A DNA stretch of 64,000 nucleotides from NCBI GenBank assembly GCA_040954595.2, contig CM082598.2:10121097-10185096 (forward strand), read 5' to 3'. This DNA comes from Balanoglossus misakiensis. Its lineage: Eukaryota > Animalia > Hemichordata. The notes beneath the pieces were generated by a model. The model did no database searches. It saw only the letters and a program-made list of their open reading frames with translations, and was not told the origin of the DNA. How positions within the stretch are numbered: position 1 is the first letter of the stretch; every line of letters starts with the position of its first letter. Shown piece after piece: positions 52,101 through 64,000 of the stretch. The position numbers and the translations under genes are program-made.

Positions 52101-55100
52101 TCAAAGGAGAAGAAATCACTCACTCATTAGCAATGATACTGCAAAAGTGGAAGTGACTGATTTTGAGTCTGAAGTTGGAAAAGAGTCCCAGTACAGTGTA
52201 GAGAGGTTTCCAGATTAGGTAGATTTTGCTGTCCAACCATTTTCACACAACGGCCATAAAACTTAAAGAAGAACTATTAAATTACCCAGCCTGATAAGTT
52301 TTGTGGTGTTTGGAAAGTCGTCCATGTCTGATGACACAAGATCAGCTTTTGATTGTAACATGAGACATGATCAGTTGTGTTTTGGTTCAAAAGAACATGA
52401 CCTGGTTTAAGAAGCCTTGCAACTTCAGGTGACTACAGAAGGAGCTATACTGTGCCCATTGGCCTTGATTTGACTGAGAAACCATGATTTACTGAAAAGC
52501 CACTTGGAAAAGGGTCCACTTTATTTCTAAACCAAACTTACCTTCAGGAAGATCATCTTGGCTGACTCTTGACTATCTACAGTGACTTTTCTTTCATCCA
52601 TCTTGGCTGCAACATCTTTCTTTTCATCCATCTGCATTGCCTCACTTTTCTCCTCTTTCTTTTCCTCATCTGCAAATAAAAATTGTGTTATGTCCAGGAA
52701 ATATTATTTACTTTCTGAGAAGAAACTGGAATATCTAGCTTTGCAAATCAGTTAGTGAAATAAGAGAACGCAAACAATTAATTGTCATGAAATAGTCACC
52801 CCTGTTAATATCGCGAAAAATTTCCCATCACAAAAATTACCAAGATTACAGTAACCTAAAAATATAAAATCCTAATAATGTCCAAAGTTGAAGAATTCTA
52901 TATGTATGACTTAACTTTTGAGACACTATTTCACAACACAAATACTAGTACCTTTGTTCTCTTTATCCAGGAATGAATTTTTTTCCACCTTCTGCTCCTC
53001 TCATCTGTTGAACTTCCACTAACTGAGCCATGTATCCTTTGTCAACCACAGCCTGTTCCATACTGTACAGATCTTGTCTGCAGGCCATGTCGAGATGCTG
53101 CAGTAGTTTGCTGTGAAAAGAAACAGAAGTGTTACATGTGTATGTGTGTTACAGGGCCAGATCACGGCACATCATGACAAAATCTTTGTGAATATGGTGC
53201 TAGCATCATGTTTATAGCAGATCATGTGTATTCATACTTGTGGGCCAAATGACCTTAATATGTGGTTTGTTGTATGACTTAATTATAACACACACACCCA
53301 GTTTTTTTAATAGTCCTGCTTGAAAGATCACAGAGTGTCTTTGGCTACTGAAAAGCACCACCACAATGAGAGATAACTCACAACACCGAAGAGTAAATCT
53401 CTAAAGTTGTAATTTAAACCAAGTATGGAAATTGGGATGTACGGTAGCTTTGATGAGGAATAATTCTAGAGTTACAACATACCTCATGCTGTTGACTGGT
53501 ATACCAAAGGACTGCACAAACAAGACCAACTGAGCTGGTTCCAAGTCTTCCAGGGCTGAAAAAAATGACAAATTCAGGATGAAAACAACAAAAGTTTGGT
53601 GAGAAAAGATCCCAAGTTGAATTGACACACAGATTGGCAGATATTTCCACGAAATATCACATGTAAATGGTGCAACAACAGATTAACCGATCAGGCCATG
53701 ATAAATACTGCACCTCTTCACAAAAACTGCTGGGTTGCAATTTATAGCATAAAATTACTGTAAAACAGGAAATTTTTGTGATATCACAAGAGAGCTGACT
53801 ATTCCATTGCTCACATTGTTTCTTTGCGACCATTTATTTTCACGTTTTTTGGCTCTCACGAAATTCGCAAAAATTTCCCCTTTTACAATAGTATGGTTGG
53901 ATCTATACAATGTATACATTGAATGGGGATGAACACTGGACAGTGGAGCATTCTATATTAAAATTTGGGAAAACATTGAAGCCATATTAAGGTCATACTT
54001 GATTAAGCTGAAAGTCGGCACAGAATAAATTTGAAATTCAATTGGCTACAAAAATTGACTTTTCTGCCATTCTGAGATCTCCATGCTGAGCTCAATTATG
54101 TTGCTGCTTCATATAGTGGTCAGCAATAAAAACTTACTACTGTTACAGTGGTTATACATGTAACTCTTATTAAATGTTTTTTTTTTCTTGTTTTATCATG
54201 AAATCTGACAATATCACGAAATCTGACTGTGGGTGGCACGACAGAATAAAACTGGTTTTCGTCTCAACTTTTGTACATGTAGTGACACAATGAAAGAATG
54301 ACAGAGAAACTGCTAACAGACAGATTATTATATATTTTTTTTACCTTTTCATGTCACTTTTATAAAACACTGCATGGCAACAAATGTGAACCATGAACAA
54401 TTTGCAAGACAATGAACTAGAAGTTGAACGAGATTTGAAGACCTGCTCTGGAAGTAATTGATTGACACTCACCCATGAGTAAGATTCCGCATGGGGCTGT
54501 GTGGCTTTCTTCAAGTAATTGTAGAATATATGTAACATGGATGTCAGTGTACATAGCGTTGGTCTGGTCGGCACTGGTGTCTCTACACAGCATGGAGCTG
54601 AGTATGGTGGGCCTTTCTACAATCAACTGAGCTAAATGTGACAATGTGTAATTAAAGAGAAATATACAGTCAGTGGAGTAAAGGGTATAACACAATCATA
54701 CTGATGGAATTCTCACTACCTGAAATAGGTTTTTGCTACCTAGGTGAGTGATGAATAAAGGTCTAATGTCCTCTCTGATATAACATACTAGTGTATGGTA
54801 AATGTCTTTCAGAGATCTACACATTAAAGGGACAAACTCTCTACAGTTAATTCATTTTGGGGAGATTTTTACTCTCATATCCTACAAACGGGATGGAAGT
54901 TGTGTGTGGTCGAACATTGATTCACTATATATCCACATGTAGAATAACATAAATGGTGTCTTGTATCAAACATAATGTATGGAAAAAGGGCAGCGAGAGA
55001 GAGACTTTGTCCCTTTAAATATCATAGCTGGCATACAGTTATAAATATGCATTTTTTGATTTATGTCTTGCAAGTACAAAACTGTTCTTTATTAAAAAGA

Positions 55101-58100
55101 AATACAGACAAGGTGATCCCAGGAACATAAAACCCAAAACTCAAAGCTACCAGACAGATGAGTCTTGAGATAAACTTGGACTTACTTGTCAATCAATCTG
55201 GACTGCTCTTGTAACAACAACTCACTCAATGCTTCACTGGTGCTGGATGATTTTGTTGGCACTTGCATAGCAACAGATAAGGCTTTATTCAGAAACTCTT
55301 CTAGTTGGCTGGAATTGGCGCCTGTCAGCTGGTGATACACTGCATATGGTGCAAAGTCAAACAAAATTCACCCAATCATAAAATGTATCATTAACATGAT
55401 CATACCATAAAAAATGTGAATGAATTACAATTATAGCGTGCGCATATTGAATCATACGAAATCACACCAAATAACGCGAGACTTAGAAATAACATTACAT
55501 GTGTATGGTGCCACTTAAACGACACCATTTATTCTTTTTGAGCCTAAATCATGTTTAACCACAACTAGACAACCACAATGACCTTGTGAGAATGAAACCC
55601 ACCAATAAATACATGTAGATAATCTGAAGCTATCACAGAAACAGAATGTCTTTGACAAAGTATTGCAAAGCCTTCAGTTGACCGTGAAAAAGTTGACGAA
55701 GCATGCATGTGGAAAGTGGAGTGTTGATAACAATGTGAATATATGCACGATAGCTTGCTGCGCTCGCACTCAGGTCAAACCTGCTACATATTACCAAAAA
55801 TGTGGATCTATATAATTAACATTGGGTCCGTTCCTTCTTATCCCACTCGTGTTTCTGTTTGTTTGGTGAGAATATCTAATAGGTTAGCCCCTTTCACTCC
55901 CAGTTCCTTCTTTAGAGGTCCAACCTTACCATAGAAAACGATGGGTTTGGACTGGAACATGGCGGTGAAAGGGTTCAGGTGCTTGAGGGAGTGTTAAAAA
56001 TGCAGACTTTACCTTTCTATAACATGTCTCTATCTACAGCCATCCGTCCCTCAGTGACGGCTTCAATGATTTCACTCACTTCATCCAAGTTGCCACCACT
56101 GGCTTTGATGGGACTTTTCTCACTGCTCAGGGATTTCGCTGGAAGGAAGGACGTAAGACTGGAATTAAGGCATACGTCCCTACATAAAGGGAGGACATTT
56201 GGACATGATACCACAAATGGTTAATGGAGTTTCTGGGAAGGTTTTCAAATTCCAGGAATTTCCAGGAGTGTACGAATCCAGTTAAGAATTCTTTATGTCA
56301 TGTGATCTGGCCATGTGACCTGCAGCATTGTCATTTCCAGGTTGATGGCAAACAACATAGTGGCATCCAGTAAAAGTTTTCCACGTATGTAAGTACTTAA
56401 GAACCGCCAGACATGTAACATGTATCAGGTATAGTACCTCATCAGCCTCATGGCATTTTGTCTGCACAGTCTTTGTCTGCACCACGTTGCTGAAGTTGCC
56501 TGTCATCTGGAAAATTGAATGCCAACATATTTGCGCTTGAGCGCGTCTGGCGTCTTTTGATATCAAAGAATAAATGCATTGTACAAACTTGAAACTATGT
56601 AGAATTTTTCTATTTATCCTGTGTGATATAGTGAAAACGCTCAAGTTACAGTTTGTGTATGGTTTTGAGAATTATTTCACTGCTTGAGGTAAGTGAAATA
56701 AACAGCTCACCTTGTTGTCTGTTGACTTTTTCATACTGGTTGAGAAGTTTTGTAAACACACTGTTTTCAGACTTTGATGAACTCAAAATTGCAGACACTA
56801 GCTGGACAAATCTCATCATATCTTCCTTCTTTTCAAGATGTTTCTAAATGATATAAAGGAGTGAGAGTGAGAATTGTGCATGATTATGTCAGTTTTGAAC
56901 TTTCATGTCTGTTTTGGACTGAGAGCTGTTGAATGAGAGAGAGAGAGGGAGAGAGAGATCGCGCTCGAACAATCAGGGGGTCACGCAGACGTAATCTTTT
57001 CATTGGCGTGATACTGATATCACCACGTAACTTGCAATTCCCAAGAGTGCGACTGTACGTACGTAAACTGTATCAAATTCAACTCATTCACGTCATATGA
57101 GAGGAGGTATACCGTGCGAATGCGAGCGCTGGGGGAACCGGGTACCGCCTACTTGAAATGGACCTCTTCCCTTAGTGAAGTCAAATAATCATAATTATCT
57201 ATCATGTAAGAAGTCAAAAATGTAAGAGAATGTTTTAATAAATATGTCAACTTATTATTTATATTCCCCTGTATATATTCCCCTGTAAATGTCTCATAAT
57301 TTGAGGAATAATATTTTGGAAGCTGAACGGAAGTTGCAACTCAAATCAAATTTCAACTTCTCCAATATATGGAATAACACTATAAGCCTACTGACTTGAG
57401 AAACTCAAATTGAATTTCAAATTCTCGAACAAACGAAAATATGTTTGAATGTAAGTAATCTTACTATAAAATTGACATGCAATTACCTGTCGTTGGTGAA
57501 GCAAACTGAACAATGGACATGACAAATGATGTTTTCTGTGTAGATTATAAATAAACTGACTCTCATCACTTGATGTTAGGATTTCTTGCATTGCCAGAAT
57601 GATGTGATCACCAGAATTCTCTGATGAATCAAACAATTTCAGCCTGGAGATTTCCCTGGACAGTGTCTGTGTGAGAAATGATGGCAAAATATTAATATCA
57701 TTTATTAGGAAACCTGGCCAGTCACTGAGAAATCTGTCGGCCTTTACAAAGTATAGTTCATAATCTTCTCATAAAATGATAAAGTTGCCGCAAAGGTATA
57801 CAGTCACCTATAATTTACATACGCCCATATATGGCTGAAATGGCGTATTTGAGCGTTCTAAAGGACATATGGCGGCGCTCTTTTTTTCGCCGTGTGCCAC
57901 CCACTGAAAATCTGTGATTGGCTAGATCTCAAGTTTACCATGGTAACTGTAGTTAAATTACCATAGGTGACAATATACCTTAACATATCATATTTCTTCT
58001 GGGAAGTGTAATTGTTTTAAGATCAAATATTACATGTACATACCAATTGTATGCCTCTCAGATATTGTCTTTCCGTTGATGCACCCACTTTGTGCTCACC

Positions 58101-61100
58101 AATACTGAATAGCTGTAAATATAATCAAAGGAGAAGAAATCACTCACTCATTAGCAATGATACTGCAAAAGTGGAAGTGACTGATTTTGAGTCTGAAGTT
58201 GGAAAAGAGTCCCAGTACAGTGTAGAGAGGTTTCCAGATTAGGTAGATTTTGCTGTCCAACCATTTTCACACAACGGCCATAAAACTTAAAGAAGAACTA
58301 TTAAATTACCCAGCCTGATAAGTTTTGTGGTGTTTGGAAAGTCGTCCATGTCTGATGACACAAGATCAGCTTTTGATTGTAACATGAGACATGATCAGTT
58401 GTGTTTTGGTTCAAAAGAACATGACCTGGTTTAAGAAGCCTTGCAACTTCAGGTGACTACAGAAGGAGCTATACTGTGCCCATTGGCCTTGATTTGACTG
58501 AGAAACCATGATTTACTGAAAAGCCACTTGGAAAAGGGTCCACTTTATTTCTAAACCAAACTTACCTTCAGGAAGATCATCTTGGCTGACTCTTGACTAT
58601 CTACAGTGACTTTTCTTGCATCCATCTTGGCTGCAACATCTTTCTTTTCATCCACCTGCATTGCCTCACTTTTCTCCTCTTTCTTTTCCTCATCTGCAAA
58701 TAAAAATTGTGTTATGTCCAGGAAATATTATTTACTTTCTGAGAAGAAACTGGAATATCTAGCTTTGCAAATCAGTTAGTGAAATAAGAGAACGCAAACA
58801 ATTAATTGTCATGAAATAGTCACCTCTGTTAATATCGCGAAAAATTTCCTATCACAAAAATTACCAAGATTACAGTAACCTAAAAATATAAAATCCTAAT
58901 AATGTCCAAAGTTGAAGAATTCTATATGTATGACTTAACTTTTGAGACACTATTTCACAACACAAATACTAGTACCTTTGTTCTCTTTATCCAGGAATGA
59001 ATTTTTTTCCACCTTCTGCTCCTCTCATCTGTTGAACTTCCACTAACTGAGCCATGTATCCTTTGTCAACCACAGCCTGTTCCATACTGTACAGATCTTG
59101 TCTGCAGGCCATGTCGAGATGCTGCAGTAGTTTGCTGTGAAAAGAAACAGAAGTGTTACATGTGTATGTGTGTTACAGGGCCAGATCACGGCACATCATG
59201 ACAAAATCTTTGTGAATATGGTGCTAGCATCATGTTTATAGCAGATCATGTGTATTCATACTTGTGGGCCAAATGACCTTAATATGTGGTTTGTTGTATG
59301 ACTTAATTATAACACACACACCCAGTTTTTTTAATAGTCCTGCTTGAAAGATCACAGAGTGTCTTTGGCTACTGAAAAGCACCACCACAATGAGCGATAA
59401 CTCACAACACCGAAGAATAAATCTCTAAAGTTGTAATTTAAACCAAGTATGGAAATTGGGATGTACGGTAGCTTTGATGAGGAATAATTCTAGAGTTACA
59501 ACATACCTCATGCTGTTGACTGGTATACCAAAGGACTGCACAAACAAGACCAACTGAGCTGGTTCCAAGTCTTCCAGGGCTGAAAAAAATGACAAATTCA
59601 GGATGAAAACAACAAAAGTTTGGTGAGAAAAGATCCCAAGTTGAATTGACACACAGATTGGCAGATATTTCCACGAAATATCACATGTAAATGGTGCAAC
59701 AACAGATTAACCGATCAGGCCATGACAAATACTGCACCTCTTCACAAAAACTGCTGGGTTGCAATTTATAGCATAAAATTACTGTAAAACAGGAAATTTT
59801 TGTGATATCACAAGAGAGCTGACTATTCCATTGCTCACATTGTTTCTTTGCGACCATTTATTTTCACGTTTTTTGGCTCTCACGAAATTCGCAAAAATTT
59901 CCCCTTTTACAATAGTATGGTTGGATCTATACAATGTATACATTGAATGGGGATGAACACTGGACAGTGGAGCATTCTATATTAAAATTTGGGAAAACAT
60001 TGAAGCCATATTAAGGTCATACTTGATTAAGCTGAAAGTCGGCACAGAATAAATTTGAAATTCAATTGGCTACAAAAATTGACTTTTCTGCCATTCTGAG
60101 ATCTCCATGCTGAGCTCAATTATGTTGCTGCTTCATATAGTGGTCAGCAATAAAAACTTACTACTGTTACAGTGGTTATACATGTAACTCTTATTAAATG
60201 TTTTTTTTTTCTTGTTTTATCATGAAATCTGACAATATCACGAAATCTGACTGTGGGTGGCACGACAGAATAAAACTGGTTTTCGTCTCCACTTTTGTAC
60301 ATGTAGTGACACAATGAAAGAATGACAGAGAAACTGCTAACAGACAGATTATTATACATTTTTTTACCTTTTCATGTCACTTTTATAAAACACTGCATGG
60401 CAACAAATGTGAACCATGAACAATTTGCAAGACAATGAACTAGAAGTTGAACGAGATTTGAAGACCTGCTCTGGAAGTAATTGATTGACACTCACCCATG
60501 AGTAAGATTCCGCATGGGGCTGTGTGGCTTTCTTCAAGTAATTGTAGAATATATGTAACATGGATGTCAGTGTACATAGCGTTGGTCTGGTCGGCACTGG
60601 TGTCTCTACACAGCATGGAGCTGAGTATGGTGGGCCTTTCTACAATCAACTGAGCTAAATGTGACAATGTGTAATTAAAGAGAAATATACAGTCAGTGGA
60701 GTAAAGGGTATAACACAATCATACTGATGGAATTCTCACTACCTGAAATAGGTTTTTGCTACCTAGGTGAGTGATGAATAAAGGTCTAATGTCCTCTCTG
60801 ATATAACATACTAGTGTATGGTAAATGTCTTTCAGAGATCTACACATTAAAGGGACAAACTCTCTACAGTTAATTCATTTTGGGGAGATTTTTACTCTCA
60901 TATCCTACAAACGGGATGGAAGTTGTGTGTGGTCGAACATTGATTCACTATATATCCACATGTAGAATAACATAAATGGTGTCTTGTATCAAACATAATG
61001 TATGGAAAAAGGGCAGCGAGAGAAAGACTTTGTCCCTTTAAATATCATAGCTGGCATACAGTTATAAATATGCATTTTTTGATTTATGTCTTGCAAGTAC

Positions 61101-61893
61101 AAAACTGTTCTTTATTAAAAAGAAATACAGACAAGGTGATCCCAGGAACATAAAACCCAAAACTCAAAGCTACCAGACAGATGAGTCTTGAGATAAACTT
61201 GGACTTACTTGTCAATCAATCTGGACTGCTCTAACAGACAGATTATTATATATTTTTTTACCTTTTCATGTCACTTTTATAAAACACTGCATGGCAACAA
61301 ATGTGAACCATGAACAATTTGCAAGACAATGAACTAGAAGTTGAACGAGATTTGAAGACCTGCTCTGGAAGTAATTGATTGACACTCACCCATGAGTAAG
61401 ATTCCGCATGGGGCTGTGTGGCTTTCTTCAAGTAATTGTAGAATATATGTAACATGGATGTCAGTGTACATAGTGTTGGTCTGGTCGGCACTGGTGTCTC
61501 TACACAGCATGGAGCTGAGTATGGTGGGCCTTTCTACAATCAACTGAGCTAAATCCTAGAATCAGAAAGGTAGCAGTGAAGTAAAATCAAATATGTTTGT
61601 CAAAACAACAACAACAATAACAACACACATAATCATATTCAAATAAAAATCACTTGGTTCATGCTTAGAACTTTCTATAAACTTACTCTTTTTTTTTTGC
61701 ATATACTCCAATGAAAATACTGTTTGATATATAGATCACAGACTTTTGCATTTTCAACTGTTTTTGTTCTAATACTATTTGTGTGTAGCCCTCACCCAGA
61801 ACCTGTATGTATGATTCACAATCATATGTCTTTATTTGTTTCTACCAGAGGTCTCCACGACTCATACTGGAAATACACAAATCATCATCTTAC

Positions 61894-61998
61894 CAATGCA
61901 AGGTCGGCCATTTCATGAAGCTGATTGGTCGAAGAATATTTGGAGAGGAACATGATGTACGCACTGATGGTGAGTGGCTCTGTTTCCATCTGGCAAGC
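61894..61998 (-). pseudogene. INTS1: INTS1 exon E, second copy
   Basis: Matches 9349-9453 at offset 52545. Confidence 0.87.
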
Positions 61999-62262
61999 CT
62001 TAGGACTAACAGCACATCGCTCACTGTGTTAAACGGCACAAAAGTTACAATTTCTGTCAAACTCTGCACCTATTGTAGTTTCCCCCCAAAAAATTCACGA
62101 AAATGGCAAGCTAGACTTCAGTGTTATATCGAAATTCTACATTAAATTAAGCACTAAGCCTCATATATTGGCAACTCATTCTCCACATGAGGCATTTTCA
62201 GATCTTTACACGATTTTCTGTGTACAAAGATCAACCTGAAGAAGTATGATACAATTTCTCAC

Positions 62263-62514
62263 CTAGTTGAGTCTGTCCTTGGTTTGAGTAACCAATCGAT
62301 ACATTTATGCAAAGTCTGCCAATTACTCTGGTGGCTCAACAGTGCCAGCAAATAAGCACTGCACGAACTTTGAACTTTGCCCTCTGTTCTGGGTTTGTGC
62401 GTCTTGACAAAGAGTAACTGGTGTTGCAGTTGAGGGCAACTTTGCACAATCTCGGGGTCCAGGAGCTCCAGCCAATCAATAAGCAGCCCAGCCGTTGACC
62501 AGCCTAATTCGCAT
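62263..62514 (-). pseudogene. INTS1: INTS1 exon K, second copy
   Basis: Matches 9718-9969 at offset 52545, with one synonymous change. Confidence 0.9.
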
Positions 62515-64000
62515 CTGTGACAATGTGTAATTAAAGAGAAATATACAGTCAGTGGAGTAAAGGGTATAACACAATCATACTGATGGAATTCTCACTACCT
62601 GAAATAGGTTTTTGCTACCTAGGTGAGTGATGAATAAAGGTCTAATGTCCTCTCTGATACTAGTGTATGGTAAATGTCTTTCAGAGATCTACACATTAAA
62701 GGGACAAACTCTCTACAGTTAATTCATTTTGGGGAGATTTTTACTCTCATATCCTACAAACGGGATGGAAGTTGTGTGTGGTCGAACATTGATTCACTAT
62801 ATATCCACATGTAGAATAACATAAATGGTGTCTTGTATCAAACATAATGTATGGAAAAAGGGCAGCGAGAGAGAGAGACTTTGTCCCTTTAAATATCATA
62901 GCTGGCATACAGTTATAAATATGCATTTTTTGATTTATGTCTTGCAAGTACAAAACTGTTCTTTATTAAAAAGAAATACAGACAAGGTGATCCCAGGAAC
63001 ATAAAACCCAAAACTCAAAGCTACCAGACAGATGAGTCTTGAGATAAACTTGGACTTACTTGTCAATCAATCTGGACTGCTCTTGTAACAACAACTCACT
63101 CATAGTACCTCATCAGCCTCATGGCATTTTGTCTGCACAGTCTTTGTCTGCACCATGTTGCTGAAGTTGCCTGTCATCTGGAAAATTGAATGCCAACGTA
63201 TTTGCGCTTGAGCGCGTCTGGCGTCTTTTGATATCAAAGAATAAATGCATTGTACAAACTTGAAACTATGTAGAATTTTTCTATTTATCCTGTGTGATAT
63301 AGTGAAAACGCTCAAGTTACAGTTTGTGTATGGTTTTGAGAATTATTTCACTGCTTGAGGTAAGTGAAATAAACAGCTCACCTTGTTGTCTGTTGACTTT
63401 TTCATACTGGTTGAGAAGTTTTGTAAACACACTGTTTTCAGACTTTGATGAACTCAAAATTGCAGACACTAGCTGGACAAATCTCATCATATCTTCCTTC
63501 TTTTCAAGATGTTTCTAAATGATATAAAGGAGTGAGAGTGAGAATTGTGCATGATTATGTCAGTTTTGAACTTTCATGTCTGTTTTGGACTGAGAGCTGT
63601 TGAATGAGAGAGAGAGAGGGAGAGAGAGATCGCGCTCGAACAATCAGGGGGTCACGCAGACGTAATCTTTTCATTGGCGTGATACTGATATCACCACGTA
63701 ACTTGCAATTCCCAAGAGTGCGACTGTACGTACGTAAACTGTATCAAATTCAACTCATTCACGTTATATGAGAGGAGGTATACCGTGCGAATGCGAGCGC
63801 TGGGGGAACCGGGTACCGCCTACTTGAAATGGACCTCTTCCCTTAGTGAAGTCAAATAATCATAATTATCTATCATGTAAGAAGTCAAAAATGTAAGAGA
63901 ATGTTTTAATAAATATGTCAACTTATTATTTAAATTCCCCTGTATATATTCCCCTGTAAATGTCTCATAATTTGAGGAATAATATTTTGGAAGCTGAACG

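Larger units (their letters stand above)
60339..63102. repeat. Long-variant structure in unit 10 (same 894-bp duplication and ~960-bp extra segment at 61555-62516), followed by a 1.2-kb deletion junction
   Basis: Identical junction GGACTGCTCT|AACAGACAG at 61232/61233. ACTCACTCA|TAGTACCTC at 63102/63103 joins unit-1 equivalents 2686 and 3889. Confidence 0.93.
1..64000. repeat. Tandem macrosatellite array, ~6.02 kb monomer (unit lengths 6022, 7868, 6009, 6018, 8561, 6021, 6022, 6020, 6024, then a partial unit); probably extends beyond both window edges
   Basis: The anchor CTTCAGGAAGATCATCTTGG recurs at 1, 6023, 13891, 19900, 25918, 34479, 40500, 46522, 52542 and 58566. The same ORF set recurs with this period, and copies differ only by scattered SNPs and indels. 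Confidence 0.99.

Noticed and set aside
1-64000. rDNA, 5S, snRNA, spliced-leader or histone tandem cluster
   Set aside because: The unit size is suggestive, but I recognised no such gene by eye. An Infernal/Rfam scan would be needed to exclude a divergent ncRNA.
1-64000. Functional INTS1 gene with internally repeated exons
   Set aside because: Shared frameshifts, an in-frame stop, missing exons and out-of-phase unit junctions prevent a continuous reading frame.
1-64000. Pure assembly artefact
   Set aside because: Units carry structured private SNPs, indels, a unique transposon and distinct rearrangements. Exact copy number still needs read support.
1-64000. CRISPR array or other prokaryotic system
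   Set aside because: No short repeat-spacer structure, operons or prokaryotic genes; the sequence has spliceosomal introns.

Overview
Animal genomic DNA, AT-rich with GT-AG introns; invertebrate origin is an inference. The whole window is a head-to-tail tandem array of a ~6.02 kb unit with near-identical copies: nine complete units plus one partial, starting at 1, 6023, 13891, 19900, 25918, 34479, 40500, 46522, 52542 and 58566. The unit is an unprocessed internal segment of the Integrator complex subunit 1 (INTS1) gene on the minus strand. It has 9 exons per standard unit and 11 distinct exons in two long variant units, with introns carrying small MITEs. Two frameshifts, an in-frame stop and missing exons are shared by the copies examined, so this is an amplified partial INTS1 pseudogene (a gene-derived macrosatellite). 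Unit 5 contains a 3.06 kb, one-end-truncated hAT transposon with a frameshifted ZNF862-like transposase, plus a 521-bp deletion of array DNA. Shared variants suggest local unit duplications and a ~52.5 kb block duplication. The INTS1 and TE family calls rest on recalled motifs, not database searches.
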